Shown here in pieces: positions 9,387-18,353 of a stretch of DNA of 64,000 nucleotides. The position numbers and the translations under genes were made by a program. A model generated the notes under the pieces. That model was given only the letters and a program-made list of their open reading frames with translations, made no database searches and was not told the DNA's origin. Each line of letters starts with the position of its first letter. Within the stretch, counting starts at the first letter, position 1. Source of the stretch: Candidatus Woesearchaeota archaeon (GTDB lineage Archaea > Nanobdellota > Nanobdellia > SCGC-AAA011-G17 > CAYFGV01); assembly GCA_964452525.1 (NCBI GenBank), contig CAYVLZ010000004.1:32543-96542 (forward strand), written 5' to 3'.

Positions 9387-9495
9387 AAAATACCTATACT
9401 TTTGTAGTATATAAATCTTTCGTATATTATTTTAGAACCGAAACATTTAAATAGTATATATACTTCTATAATAATATAGTTTAAGAGTATATAAC

Positions 9496-10395
9496 ATGAC
9501 AAATAAAATAATTTGTTCGAAGTGTAAAAGCAAAAACACAATCAAATGGACTAAAAGGAAAACTAAAAATAGAGGTTTAATTCAAAGGTATAAGTGTAAA
9601 GATTGTAATAAAACTTTTACTATTGATGATGGATTTTTTAGAATGAGAAACCATCCTAAGAAGATAACTTGTGCTTTAGATTTATTTTACAGGGGGGTTT
9701 CAACTCGGAAAGTTCAAGAACACTTTAAAGCATTTTATCCTCATAACGCTGACCATTCTTCTGTTTTAAGATGGATTACAAAATACTCTTTAATGATTTC
9801 TAAATTTACAGATAATCTTAAATTACAAGTAGGAAAAGAAATACAAATAGATGAGATGGAATATCATAGAAGAAAACATCACAACAAAAAAGGAGTAGAT
9901 AAAAATTGGTTTATTGATATTGTGGATTGTAAAACTCGGTATATGGTTGCTTCTGAATATGTAAAGCATAGAGAACAAACAGAATTAAAATCTGTTTTGA
10001 ACAAAGCAAAGATAAAAACAGATATGCAGATTGAAATTGTAACCTCTGATGGGCTTCTTGCTTATCCAAAAGCAGTTCATAAATCCTTTACAATCAAAGA
10101 AAAGTCAAACACAAAACAATTCGGAGTTAAACATAATGTTGTCAATGCTTCAAAAGGAGAAGGTTTTAACATTATGATTGAAAGATTACATAACAACATA
10201 AGACAAAGAACAAAAACTTTTCGTGGATTTCATGGCTCTGTTGAGAGTGCAAACGCTATAATGAAAGGTTATGAAATATACTACAACTTCATAACAAAAC
10301 ATCAAGCATTAAACAGATGTCCTTATGAGTTAGCAACAGACTTAAAACTAAATTCAGGAAATAAATGGCTGGAGTTGATTAAAATGGCAAACTAA
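9496..10395 (+). CDS. DDE transposase (IS6-like core, N-terminal Zn ribbon)
   Basis: CSKC..RYKCKDC, IQIDE, IVTSDG, IERLHNNIRQRTKTFRGF. Confidence 0.9.
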   Translation: MTNKIICSKCKSKNTIKWTKRKTKNRGLIQRYKCKDCNKTFTIDDGFFRMRNHPKKITCALDLFYRGVSTRKVQEHFKAFYPHNADHSSVLRWITKYSLMISKFTDNLKLQVGKEIQIDEMEYHRRKHHNKKGVDKNWFIDIVDCKTRYMVASEYVKHREQTELKSVLNKAKIKTDMQIEIVTSDGLLAYPKAVHKSFTIKEKSNTKQFGVKHNVVNASKGEGFNIMIERLHNNIRQRTKTFRGFHGSVESANAIMKGYEIYYNFITKHQALNRCPYELATDLKLNSGNKWLELIKMAN

Positions 10396-10436
10396 ATTTT
10401 TTTGGTTGAATCACCAACCGTTAATGCACCAGAGAA

Positions 10437-10521
10437 CATTCCTGGTCAGGTTTATAAAGTATCATAATGATCAACAAGATTACAAAAAATATTATTAAAT
10501 ATGTTATTTTTTTTTTTTCAT
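10437..10521 (-). pseudogene. 5' part (signal/TM segment) of the interrupted Cys-rich gene
   Basis: ATG 10521, an A12 run that is out of frame, then ITYLIIFFVILLIIMILYKPDQEC. Confidence 0.7.
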
Positions 10522-11213
10522 TTTTTAAGATAATGTTTTCTTTTATTCTCATCGAATTTTTCAATTGAGTATCTTAACATGGTCCTTGGCATCCTTTTAT
10601 AATGTTTTCTAAGGAACTTCTCTTCTATTTCTTGATTCTTTTTTCCAACTTCTCTTAACATCCAACCCACTGCTTTATGGATTAAATCGTGATTGTCATT
10701 TAGAAGGATTTCAGCTATCTTTAATGTATCTTTGAATTGGTTATTTCTTATAAAATAAGCTGTTGAAAGTATTGAAATCCTTTTTTCCCATAAGTTGTTT
10801 GATTTTGCTAATTTGTAAAGTATTGTTCTATCTTTATCGAATAAATAATCTCCTACTATGTTTGGGGCAGATAAATCAATCAAGTCCCAATTATTAATAT
10901 TACTGGTGTTTTTTAGATAAAAATCAAAAATTTCCTTTTTCTCTTTTTTATCTGCTTTTTTGTATTTATTTGTCAATATAATTAGAGATATTAATCTATG
11001 TTCATGGATTTTACTTGAAAGTAATTTTTGTAATTCTTTTAGAGATAAGTCTGGATATTTTTTGGCTATTTCTCTTTGTTTTGGAACTGTTATTCCAAGA
11101 AATATGTCACCTTCTCCATATTGGCCCTTTCCTGTTTTAAAGAATCTTTGGAGCAACTCGGCTTTTTCTGGATTTTTAAGATTTAGTAAATCTTTTTCTA
11201 GTTGATTTAACAT
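10518..11213 (-). CDS. AlkD-like DNA alkylation repair protein
   Basis: FFKTGKGQYGEGD, NNWDLID, HKAVGWMLRE. Confidence 0.92.
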   Translation of the reverse strand: MLNQLEKDLLNLKNPEKAELLQRFFKTGKGQYGEGDIFLGITVPKQREIAKKYPDLSLKELQKLLSSKIHEHRLISLIILTNKYKKADKKEKKEIFDFYLKNTSNINNWDLIDLSAPNIVGDYLFDKDRTILYKLAKSNNLWEKRISILSTAYFIRNNQFKDTLKIAEILLNDNHDLIHKAVGWMLREVGKKNQEIEEKFLRKHYKRMPRTMLRYSIEKFDENKRKHYLKK

Positions 11214-11214
11214 A

Positions 11215-12513
11215 TTATATAGTTGGTCTAGTAATGTTGACGTTTTTAATTAGAACTTTTGGTGTTATTATTGGTGATTCTACGTCCCATGCTTTAATTT
11301 GTTCTTTTTCTTTACTAACTGTAGAAATATTCTTTAAAATATTAAGCATATTATCGCTGATTCTTAGATTTTTTAGTGGAGTTGTAATCTCTCCATCCTT
11401 TATTAAAAAAGCACCATCCCTTGGTATTGTTGAGAAATCTCCTAATGTATAATTCTGAAATCTCGTATACCATGTATTTGTGATATAGATTCCTTTTTTA
11501 ACATCGAAAGGGTTTCCAGTTTTTCCTTCTAAGACTGTATTCCAAGGACGGGGAGATATTATCCCTGCATTGGCAGTATTTTCTACGTTATAACGTTGAG
11601 CACTGGAAGTATTGTGTAAGAATGTCTTTAATATTCCTTTATCCATTATCGTATTCTTTTTGGTCGGATGACCTTCTTCATCAAAACTTGTTGATCCTAA
11701 ACCGTTTGGAAATGTGGCATCATCTATTAAAGTAAAGTTTCCAATTTTTTTATTGAGTTTATCGGTTAAGAAAGATAAACCAGCCTCTACTGAAAATATT
11801 GAAGCAGCATCTATTATGTAAGAGAATAAATTGGATATTGGTAAATGATCAAATACAACATTATATGAACCAGGATTTACATTTTCTGGATTTAAAGACA
11901 TTTTAGATATTTCTCCTGCTTTTCTTCCAGCTTTTTCAGGATCAAATTTATCTAGTACCCTAGAACAGGATACCTGGTGCCCAGAAGCTTCTTTAGCTGA
12001 AAAAGCCCTTATAGAGAAGTATAAAGAAGAGGATTTTTCATTAGCCTTTACATCGTTAGAAGAAACTAGATCACTCTCTACAATTTGTGACACGAAAGTT
12101 CCGGAAGTTCTTTTGGAATTTTCTAAAGCGGCATTAATTCCTTTTTTCACATAATCGATAGAATCGAAATCTTCAACTTTTTTGTCATAGGTATCTGGGA
12201 TATTTGGGTATTCGAAAGGACCTTTAGCTATTCCATTGTAATTTGGGTTGGGTTTAATATGTTTTATGAACGCCAATAATTTTTCTATAAGCTTTGATAT
12301 ATTCTTATCCGATATGTCCTTTACTGAAGTCGTAACGAGTTTTTTATCTTTGGCTATAAATATGGAGATGTTATTAGAATCGCTAAGAGTATTGTTAACT
12401 ATCTTATTGTTGACAAATTTTATTAAACTGTTTTTAACTTTGTTTTTGGTTAATGCAGTATCATCTGCTCCGCTTCTAATTATTTTTTGTTTTAATCTTT
12501 CTAATGATTCCAT
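11215..12513 (-). CDS. TldE/PmbA family protein
   Basis: FDEEG and STIPRDG motifs, paired with tldD; start moved to ATG 12513. Confidence 0.88.
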   Translation of the reverse strand: MESLERLKQKIIRSGADDTALTKNKVKNSLIKFVNNKIVNNTLSDSNNISIFIAKDKKLVTTSVKDISDKNISKLIEKLLAFIKHIKPNPNYNGIAKGPFEYPNIPDTYDKKVEDFDSIDYVKKGINAALENSKRTSGTFVSQIVESDLVSSNDVKANEKSSSLYFSIRAFSAKEASGHQVSCSRVLDKFDPEKAGRKAGEISKMSLNPENVNPGSYNVVFDHLPISNLFSYIIDAASIFSVEAGLSFLTDKLNKKIGNFTLIDDATFPNGLGSTSFDEEGHPTKKNTIMDKGILKTFLHNTSSAQRYNVENTANAGIISPRPWNTVLEGKTGNPFDVKKGIYITNTWYTRFQNYTLGDFSTIPRDGAFLIKDGEITTPLKNLRISDNMLNILKNISTVSKEKEQIKAWDVESPIITPKVLIKNVNITRPTI

Positions 12514-12515
12514 TT

Positions 12516-13916
12516 TTATGTTATGTGTACGTTTCTTAATCTTAATGACGGACCTCCGAACCAGACAGGAATTGCTTGCATCGGTTCTCCTTTCCCGCAA
12601 CTTCCAGTATTATAGTCGATATCTTTTCCAACAGCGTCGATACTTCTCCATAATGAAGGAGTAGTTATTTCTAATTTAGGATTCCTTATTGGTTTTACAA
12701 TTTTACCATTTTTAATTAGATATGCATCATTAGCAGTATATTTCTGGTTAAACCTTTTATCATCTATGTTCCATTCCATGAAGGTTTTCATGTATATTCC
12801 GAGTTTAATATCTTCTATTAACTCTTCTACAGTATGGTTTCCGGGAAGAGCAAAAGTATTTGACATTCTAATTATGGGCTCTACATTATAAGTATTAGCA
12901 CGGGCAGAACCATTACTTTTTGTATTCATAATGGAAGAAGTAGATCTATTGTGTAAGAACTCGCTTATTATTCCGTTCTTTATTAAATGTTTCTTCCTTG
13001 CTTTGACTCCTTCATCATCATATAGGTAGAAACCCGAACTATTTTCTAATGTAGGATCATCAACAACGTTTACTACATTGCTTCCTATTTTTGTGTTTAA
13101 CATATTTCTATTAACAAAAGACTCTCCAGCTTGTGCTCCTTCTCTTCCAAGAATTCTATCCGCTTCATAAGGATGGCCTACACTTTCATGTACGGCAATT
13201 CCGGTTATCTCTGGGCCAATCACAACATCAAGTTTCCCTTTTGGGGATTTAGAACCTTTTTTTAGATTATTCCTTATAGCGTCTATCTCTCCTTTAATAT
13301 TCTTTTCAAGTTGCCATTTTTTAATTACTTCATAACCCGAACTTGCTCCCATCTGTTTGTAGATCTGTGCAGATTTATTATTTTCAGTCACTGTTAAGTA
13401 AAAGACAATTCCTAATCTGGGTATTTCAGAGGTTATTTCAGAACCTTCAGAGTTGGTATAGTATTTTTTTGAGAGGGTGTCCGAGAAAGATATATATCTT
13501 CCTTGAGCATCTTTTAGTCCTTTATCAAGATTTAGTAAGAAGTTTAATTTTTCGGTAATGCTTTTGTCCTGTATTTTTTCAGATTGTTTAACATGGTAAG
13601 ATTTTTTTACTGCTTTATATTCTGAGAATCCGGTTTCATCGCTTATCTTAGAAGATTTCCGGGTAGTAGAAATGGCTTCTTCTATCAATCTCTTAATCTC
13701 TTCCTTATCTAATTCGTTGGTGGAAACTAAACCCAGAGATTTGTTTATTAAGAATCTTATTCCAATCCCCGTATTTATATCAAAACCCGAAACATCTAGA
13801 TTACTATTTTTAAGAAGGAATCCGCTACTTTCATTTTCTTCTAGTCTTGCTTCTGCATATGAAGCCCCTCTTTTTAATGCATATTTTACTGAAAAATCTG
13901 CTAATGCTTTATCCAT
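12516..13916 (-). CDS. tldD: TldD metalloprotease
   Basis: HESVGHPYEAD, YDDEGV, CGKGEPMQ. Confidence 0.92.
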   Translation of the reverse strand: MDKALADFSVKYALKRGASYAEARLEENESSGFLLKNSNLDVSGFDINTGIGIRFLINKSLGLVSTNELDKEEIKRLIEEAISTTRKSSKISDETGFSEYKAVKKSYHVKQSEKIQDKSITEKLNFLLNLDKGLKDAQGRYISFSDTLSKKYYTNSEGSEITSEIPRLGIVFYLTVTENNKSAQIYKQMGASSGYEVIKKWQLEKNIKGEIDAIRNNLKKGSKSPKGKLDVVIGPEITGIAVHESVGHPYEADRILGREGAQAGESFVNRNMLNTKIGSNVVNVVDDPTLENSSGFYLYDDEGVKARKKHLIKNGIISEFLHNRSTSSIMNTKSNGSARANTYNVEPIIRMSNTFALPGNHTVEELIEDIKLGIYMKTFMEWNIDDKRFNQKYTANDAYLIKNGKIVKPIRNPKLEITTPSLWRSIDAVGKDIDYNTGSCGKGEPMQAIPVWFGGPSLRLRNVHIT

Positions 13917-13990
13917 ATCTTTTGGGAGTATAAGCTCATATATATAGATTATGGAAAGTTTTAAATAATTGTCCAGAGATTTTATCTGGT

Positions 13991-15337
13991 ATGTTAAGAA
14001 GTCATACTTGCGGAGAATTAAATAAGAAAGATGTTGAAAAGAGTGTTACTTTGTGTGGTTTTGTTGATAGTTACAGAAAACATGGAAAGATTGGTTTTTT
14101 AAATTTAAGAGATAGATATGGAATAACTCAGTTATTTCTTGATAAAAATGTTAATAAACCGTTGTCTAGGGAATCTGTCGTTTTAGTTAAAGGTAAAGTT
14201 AAATCACGACCAAGGAAAGAAGTGAACAAAAAAATGAAAACTGGAGATATAGAGGTCGCTGTTTCTCAACTAGAGATTCTTAACGACGTTAAAGAGCTGC
14301 CTTTTGAACTAGATGAAGATATAGAAAGTACTGAAGAAACCAGGTTAAAGTATAGATATTTAGATTTGAGAAAAGAAAGAATGCAAAAGAATCTTATTAT
14401 GAGGTACAAGTTAATAAAAGGGATGAGAGATTTCTTAGATAAAGAAAATTTTGTTGAGATAGAAACACCAATTTTAGCCAAGTCTACCCCGGAGGGGGCT
14501 AGAGATTATTTAGTTCCTAGTAGGATTCATAAAGGAAAATTCTATGCTTTACCACAATCACCACAGCTATTTAAGCAGTTATTGATGATTGCTGGTTTCG
14601 ACAAATACTTTCAGATTGCTAGGTGTCTAAGAGATGAAGATTTAAGAGCGGATAGACAACCTGAATTTACCCAGATGGATTTAGAGATGAGTTTTGTTGA
14701 AGAAGAAGACGTCTTCTCTATAATAGAAAGGATGTTAAAGGAAGTTTGGAAAAAAGTTTTGAATAAGGACTTGAAGATCCCGTTTCAGAGAATGACTTAT
14801 GATCAAGCGATGAAGAAGTATAAAAGTGATAAGCCAGATTTAAGAAAGAATAAAAATGAACATAAATTTTTATGGGTAACTGATTTTCCATTATTAGAAT
14901 ATTGCGAAACTCAGAAGAGATATGTGGCTGCACATCATCCTTTCACGGGAGTTACCAAGAAAGATTTACAATTACTGGATAAGGATCCGAAAAAAGCAAA
15001 ATCCAGGGCTTATGATCTTGTATTTAATGGATATGAAATAGCAAGTGGTTCTATAAGAATTCATGATAGAGAATTACAGAGAAAAATCTTTAAAGCTTTA
15101 AAAATAAGTGATAAGGAAGCAAGAGATAGATTTGGTTTCTTTTTGGATGCTTTGGAATATGCAGTCCCTCATGGTGGGATTGCTATAGGTTTAGATAGGG
15201 TTATAGCTATTATTGCGAAGGAAAACTCAATAAGAGAGGTCATCGCTTTTCCAAAGAATAAAGAAGCAAAAGATTTAATGTTGGATAGCCCTTCAGAAGT
15301 AAGTAAGGTTCAGTTGAAAGAGCTTGGTTTAAAATGA
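13991..15337 (+). CDS. aspS: Aspartyl-tRNA synthetase, bacterial type, lacking the GAD insert
   Basis: RSHTCGEL, STPEGARDYLVPSR, LPQSPQLFKQLLM, RDEDLRADRQPEFTQ. Confidence 0.95.
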   Translation: MLRSHTCGELNKKDVEKSVTLCGFVDSYRKHGKIGFLNLRDRYGITQLFLDKNVNKPLSRESVVLVKGKVKSRPRKEVNKKMKTGDIEVAVSQLEILNDVKELPFELDEDIESTEETRLKYRYLDLRKERMQKNLIMRYKLIKGMRDFLDKENFVEIETPILAKSTPEGARDYLVPSRIHKGKFYALPQSPQLFKQLLMIAGFDKYFQIARCLRDEDLRADRQPEFTQMDLEMSFVEEEDVFSIIERMLKEVWKKVLNKDLKIPFQRMTYDQAMKKYKSDKPDLRKNKNEHKFLWVTDFPLLEYCETQKRYVAAHHPFTGVTKKDLQLLDKDPKKAKSRAYDLVFNGYEIASGSIRIHDRELQRKIFKALKISDKEARDRFGFFLDALEYAVPHGGIAIGLDRVIAIIAKENSIREVIAFPKNKEAKDLMLDSPSEVSKVQLKELGLK

Positions 15338-16629
15338 GGTTTTTACCTATAGAAAAAGCTTTGAAGAAAAAAAGAGGAAAAGTTAATTTGAGGGGTTGGA
15401 TTTATAGAGAAAGAAAGTTAAAAGATAAAATATTTCTTGTAATAAGAGATTCTAGCGATATAGTTCAGTGTGTTGTTAAGAAAGAGAAAGTTAGTAAGAA
15501 AGTTTGGGAAGATGCTAATAAATTATTAATAGAAAGTTCTGTTGAGGTTTCTGGAGATTTGTATAGAGATAAAAGAGCCCCAACAGGCTACGAAGTCAAT
15601 GTTAAAGGTTTGAATGTAATACATTTTGCTGAGAAGTTTCCGATAACTAAGGATCAGAGTACGGAATTTCTTTTAGATAAAAGACATCTCTGGATTAGAA
15701 GTAAGAAAATGGTATCCATCTTAAAGATAAGGAGTACTGTTTTTAGTGCTATACATGAATACTTCAGGAAAAATGATTTTCATGAATTTCACAGCCCTTC
15801 TTTAACGCCGGGGGTAGCAGAAGAAGGGCCCATATTATTTGAAGTTAATTACTTTGGAAAGAAGATGTATTTAACACAGACCTGGCAGTTATATGCAGAG
15901 GCTGCAATATTTGCTTTAGAAAAGATTTATACTATTGCTCCATCCTTTAGAGCAGAAAAATCTAAGACATCTAGACATTTAACAGAGTATTGGCATGCGG
16001 AGGTTGAAGCTGCTTGGATTGATTTAAACGATTTAATGGACATTGGAGAAGGGTTGATTAAACATGTTGTTAATAAAGTTCTAAAAGAAAATAAGAAAGA
16101 TCTAGAAGTTTTGAGTAGAGATGTTAAAAAGTTGAAACCAATAGTAACTAAAAAGTTCCCAAGAATTACTTATACGAAAGCTTTAGATCTGTTGAAGAAA
16201 AAGAAGAAAATAGATATTCCTTGGGGGAAGGATTTAAGGACTGTTGAAGAAGACATGTTAAGTGAATTGTACGATGTCCCAATATTTGTTACTCATTATC
16301 CAAAAGAGATAATGGCTTTCTATAAACCAAGAGATCCTAGTAACCCAAAAGTTGCTTTATGTTTCGATACAATAGCTCCAGAGGGTTATGGGGAGTTGAT
16401 TGGTGGAAGTGAAAGAGATATTAACATTAAAGAATTAGAAAAAGCTTTGAGGAAATCTGGGGAGAATATAAAAAATTATGGGTGGTATTTGGAATTAAGG
16501 AAGTATGGAAGCGTTCCTCATGCTGGATTCGGTATGGGTGTTGAGAGGTTGGTTGCATGGATTTGCGGTTTGGATAACATCAAAGATGCAATCGGATTCC
16601 CTAGAACAATGTTTAGACATAGTCCTTAG
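15334..16629 (+). CDS. asnS: Asparaginyl-tRNA synthetase
   Basis: FRAEKSKTSRHLTEYW, GYGELIGGSER, YGSVPHAGFGMGVER. Confidence 0.95.
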   Translation: MRFLPIEKALKKKRGKVNLRGWIYRERKLKDKIFLVIRDSSDIVQCVVKKEKVSKKVWEDANKLLIESSVEVSGDLYRDKRAPTGYEVNVKGLNVIHFAEKFPITKDQSTEFLLDKRHLWIRSKKMVSILKIRSTVFSAIHEYFRKNDFHEFHSPSLTPGVAEEGPILFEVNYFGKKMYLTQTWQLYAEAAIFALEKIYTIAPSFRAEKSKTSRHLTEYWHAEVEAAWIDLNDLMDIGEGLIKHVVNKVLKENKKDLEVLSRDVKKLKPIVTKKFPRITYTKALDLLKKKKKIDIPWGKDLRTVEEDMLSELYDVPIFVTHYPKEIMAFYKPRDPSNPKVALCFDTIAPEGYGELIGGSERDINIKELEKALRKSGENIKNYGWYLELRKYGSVPHAGFGMGVERLVAWICGLDNIKDAIGFPRTMFRHSP

Positions 16630-17160
16630 TTACCATCTAACATCCCTAATTTTCAGATAATAACCTATATGATTGCTTATAATATGTAAGAAGAATGTTA
16701 ATATTAAAACAGTTATTATTATTTCTGGGGTCGGGATGTAAACTAACGATATGAATAATAGACTTCCGATTACAAAGTCTAATTGGTCAAATGGTATAAA
16801 TCTAGAACCTGGTTTTATATTGAATCTTCTTTTAAAAAAGCTCTTTATTAAATCTCCGAACATTGCACCAAACCCAAATAAGAAACCAAAAGCTATGAAA
16901 TTTATATCGTTATAGTTGAGAATACTAATTGAATTAAAAAAAAATATTGAACTTAGTTGTGTTTGTAGAAAAGTTACTATCACGGCAGCGACTATTGCTG
17001 AAATAAATCCTTGATAAGTTTTATGGCTTCCGAATAGAGGTTTGTTGTTGAATTTTTTCCCCAGATCTACTGGAGTTTTACCTTTAACAAATACGGGGAC
17101 CATATTAGCTATGTAAGATGGTAACATGAAATATATACTTTGCAATATTATGTATAGCAT
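16630..17160 (-). CDS. carS: CDP-archaeol synthase
   Basis: PSYIAN, GDLIKSFFKRR, FDQLDF; multi-pass membrane protein. Confidence 0.88.
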   Translation of the reverse strand: MLYIILQSIYFMLPSYIANMVPVFVKGKTPVDLGKKFNNKPLFGSHKTYQGFISAIVAAVIVTFLQTQLSSIFFFNSISILNYNDINFIAFGFLFGFGAMFGDLIKSFFKRRFNIKPGSRFIPFDQLDFVIGSLLFISLVYIPTPEIIITVLILTFFLHIISNHIGYYLKIRDVRW

Positions 17161-17229
17161 TTTTATTCTTGAATATATGGGATTCTTTTAATAAAAGTTT
17201 ATAAAGTTAATTGATTTTAGGGTCGTGAG

Positions 17230-17481
17230 ATGTATCGGATAGCTTTAAGTAATGACCCTTTATTCCCACAAGATTTTTACTATGGGACTGGAAACTTTTT
17301 GAAAATTGCAAAGAGATTTCCTAGAAACGGATTTGAAAGAAAAATAATCAGGGAATTTCATAGGTCTGGTGAATATTTTTCAAATAATGTTTCTAATTTT
17401 AGATTTGTAAATCATTCTCCCTATTTTAGACCTGGAACATATAAGAAAAGTACGAGGATTATTAGTAATAAAAAGGGTTAA
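17230..17481 (+). CDS. Hypothetical protein
   Basis: 83-aa ORF filling an intergenic gap. Confidence 0.45.
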   Translation: MYRIALSNDPLFPQDFYYGTGNFLKIAKRFPRNGFERKIIREFHRSGEYFSNNVSNFRFVNHSPYFRPGTYKKSTRIISNKKG

Positions 17482-17525
17482 TCTCTAAACAACATTTATA
17501 TAAATGAAGATTTCTTTTTCGTATT

Positions 17526-17609
17526 GGGCCTATGGTGTAATGGATATCATTATCGGCTTCGGTTTTTAGGAGAAACCGATCGATTCCGGTTCGAATCCGG
17601 ATAGGCCCA
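17526..17609 (+). tRNA. tRNA-Arg(UCG) with 12-nt intron at 37/38 (17563-17574)
   Basis: Acceptor GGGCCTA/TAGGCCC, anticodon stem ATCGG/CCGAT, T-loop GTTCGAATC; CTTC/GGAG central helix. Confidence 0.92.
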
Positions 17610-17614
17610 TTAAA

Positions 17615-18322
17615 ATGACTGGATTACTGTATTTGGAAGATGCTTATTTGAAAGAAGTTGAGGCTAAGGTTGTTAAGGTAGATGGTAAGTTTGTTGTTTT
17701 AGATAGAACTATTTTTTATCCTATTGGAGGAGGTCAAAATTGTGATAAAGGAAAGTTAATTAGAGATGGTGAAGAATTTAATGTGGTTTATGTTAGGAAA
17801 ATTGGAAATGATGTAAGTCATGAGGTTGATAAAGAAGGTCTGAAAGTTGGTGATAAGGTTAAAGAAGTTCTTGACTGGGATAGAAGATATTTGTTTATGA
17901 GGGATCATACTGCTGCTCATGTTCTTTCCGCTGTATTTCATAGAGAAACCGGCGCTTTAATTACAGGAAATCAGAAAGGAGAAGATAAATCAAGAATAGA
18001 TTTTGATTTAGAGAACTTTGATAGAGAAAAGATATCTGAGTATATTGAAAAAGCTAATGAGATTTTAAAAAGGGGTTTAGAAGTTAAAGCTTATTATTTG
18101 CCTAAAGACGAAGCCTTGAAAGATCCTGCTATGTTCAAATTGAAAAATGTTTTACCTAAGAATTTAGAAGAACTGAGAATAGTGGAGATAGGAGATGTAG
18201 ATAAACAAGCAGATGGTGGAACTCATGTTAAAAATACTAAAGAGGTTGGAGAGATAGAGTTTATTAAGGCGGAGAATAAAGGTAAAAATAATAGAAGGGT
18301 TTACTTTAGATTGAAAGAGTAA
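17615..18322 (+). CDS. alaX: AlaX trans-editing protein
   Basis: RTIFYPIGGGQ, HTAAH, DGGTH. Confidence 0.92.
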   Translation: MTGLLYLEDAYLKEVEAKVVKVDGKFVVLDRTIFYPIGGGQNCDKGKLIRDGEEFNVVYVRKIGNDVSHEVDKEGLKVGDKVKEVLDWDRRYLFMRDHTAAHVLSAVFHRETGALITGNQKGEDKSRIDFDLENFDREKISEYIEKANEILKRGLEVKAYYLPKDEALKDPAMFKLKNVLPKNLEELRIVEIGDVDKQADGGTHVKNTKEVGEIEFIKAENKGKNNRRVYFRLKE

Positions 18323-18353
18323 TATTTATAAATAATGTAAAGAGGTTTCTTAT

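Larger units (their letters stand above)
7839..10436. mobile_element. Cargo-carrying IS/transposon (DDE transposase, DNA methyltransferase, two other genes)
   Basis: Imperfect 24-bp terminal inverted repeats (19/24 match) and 9-bp direct repeat CATTCCTGG at 7830-7838 and 10437-10445. Confidence 0.9.
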
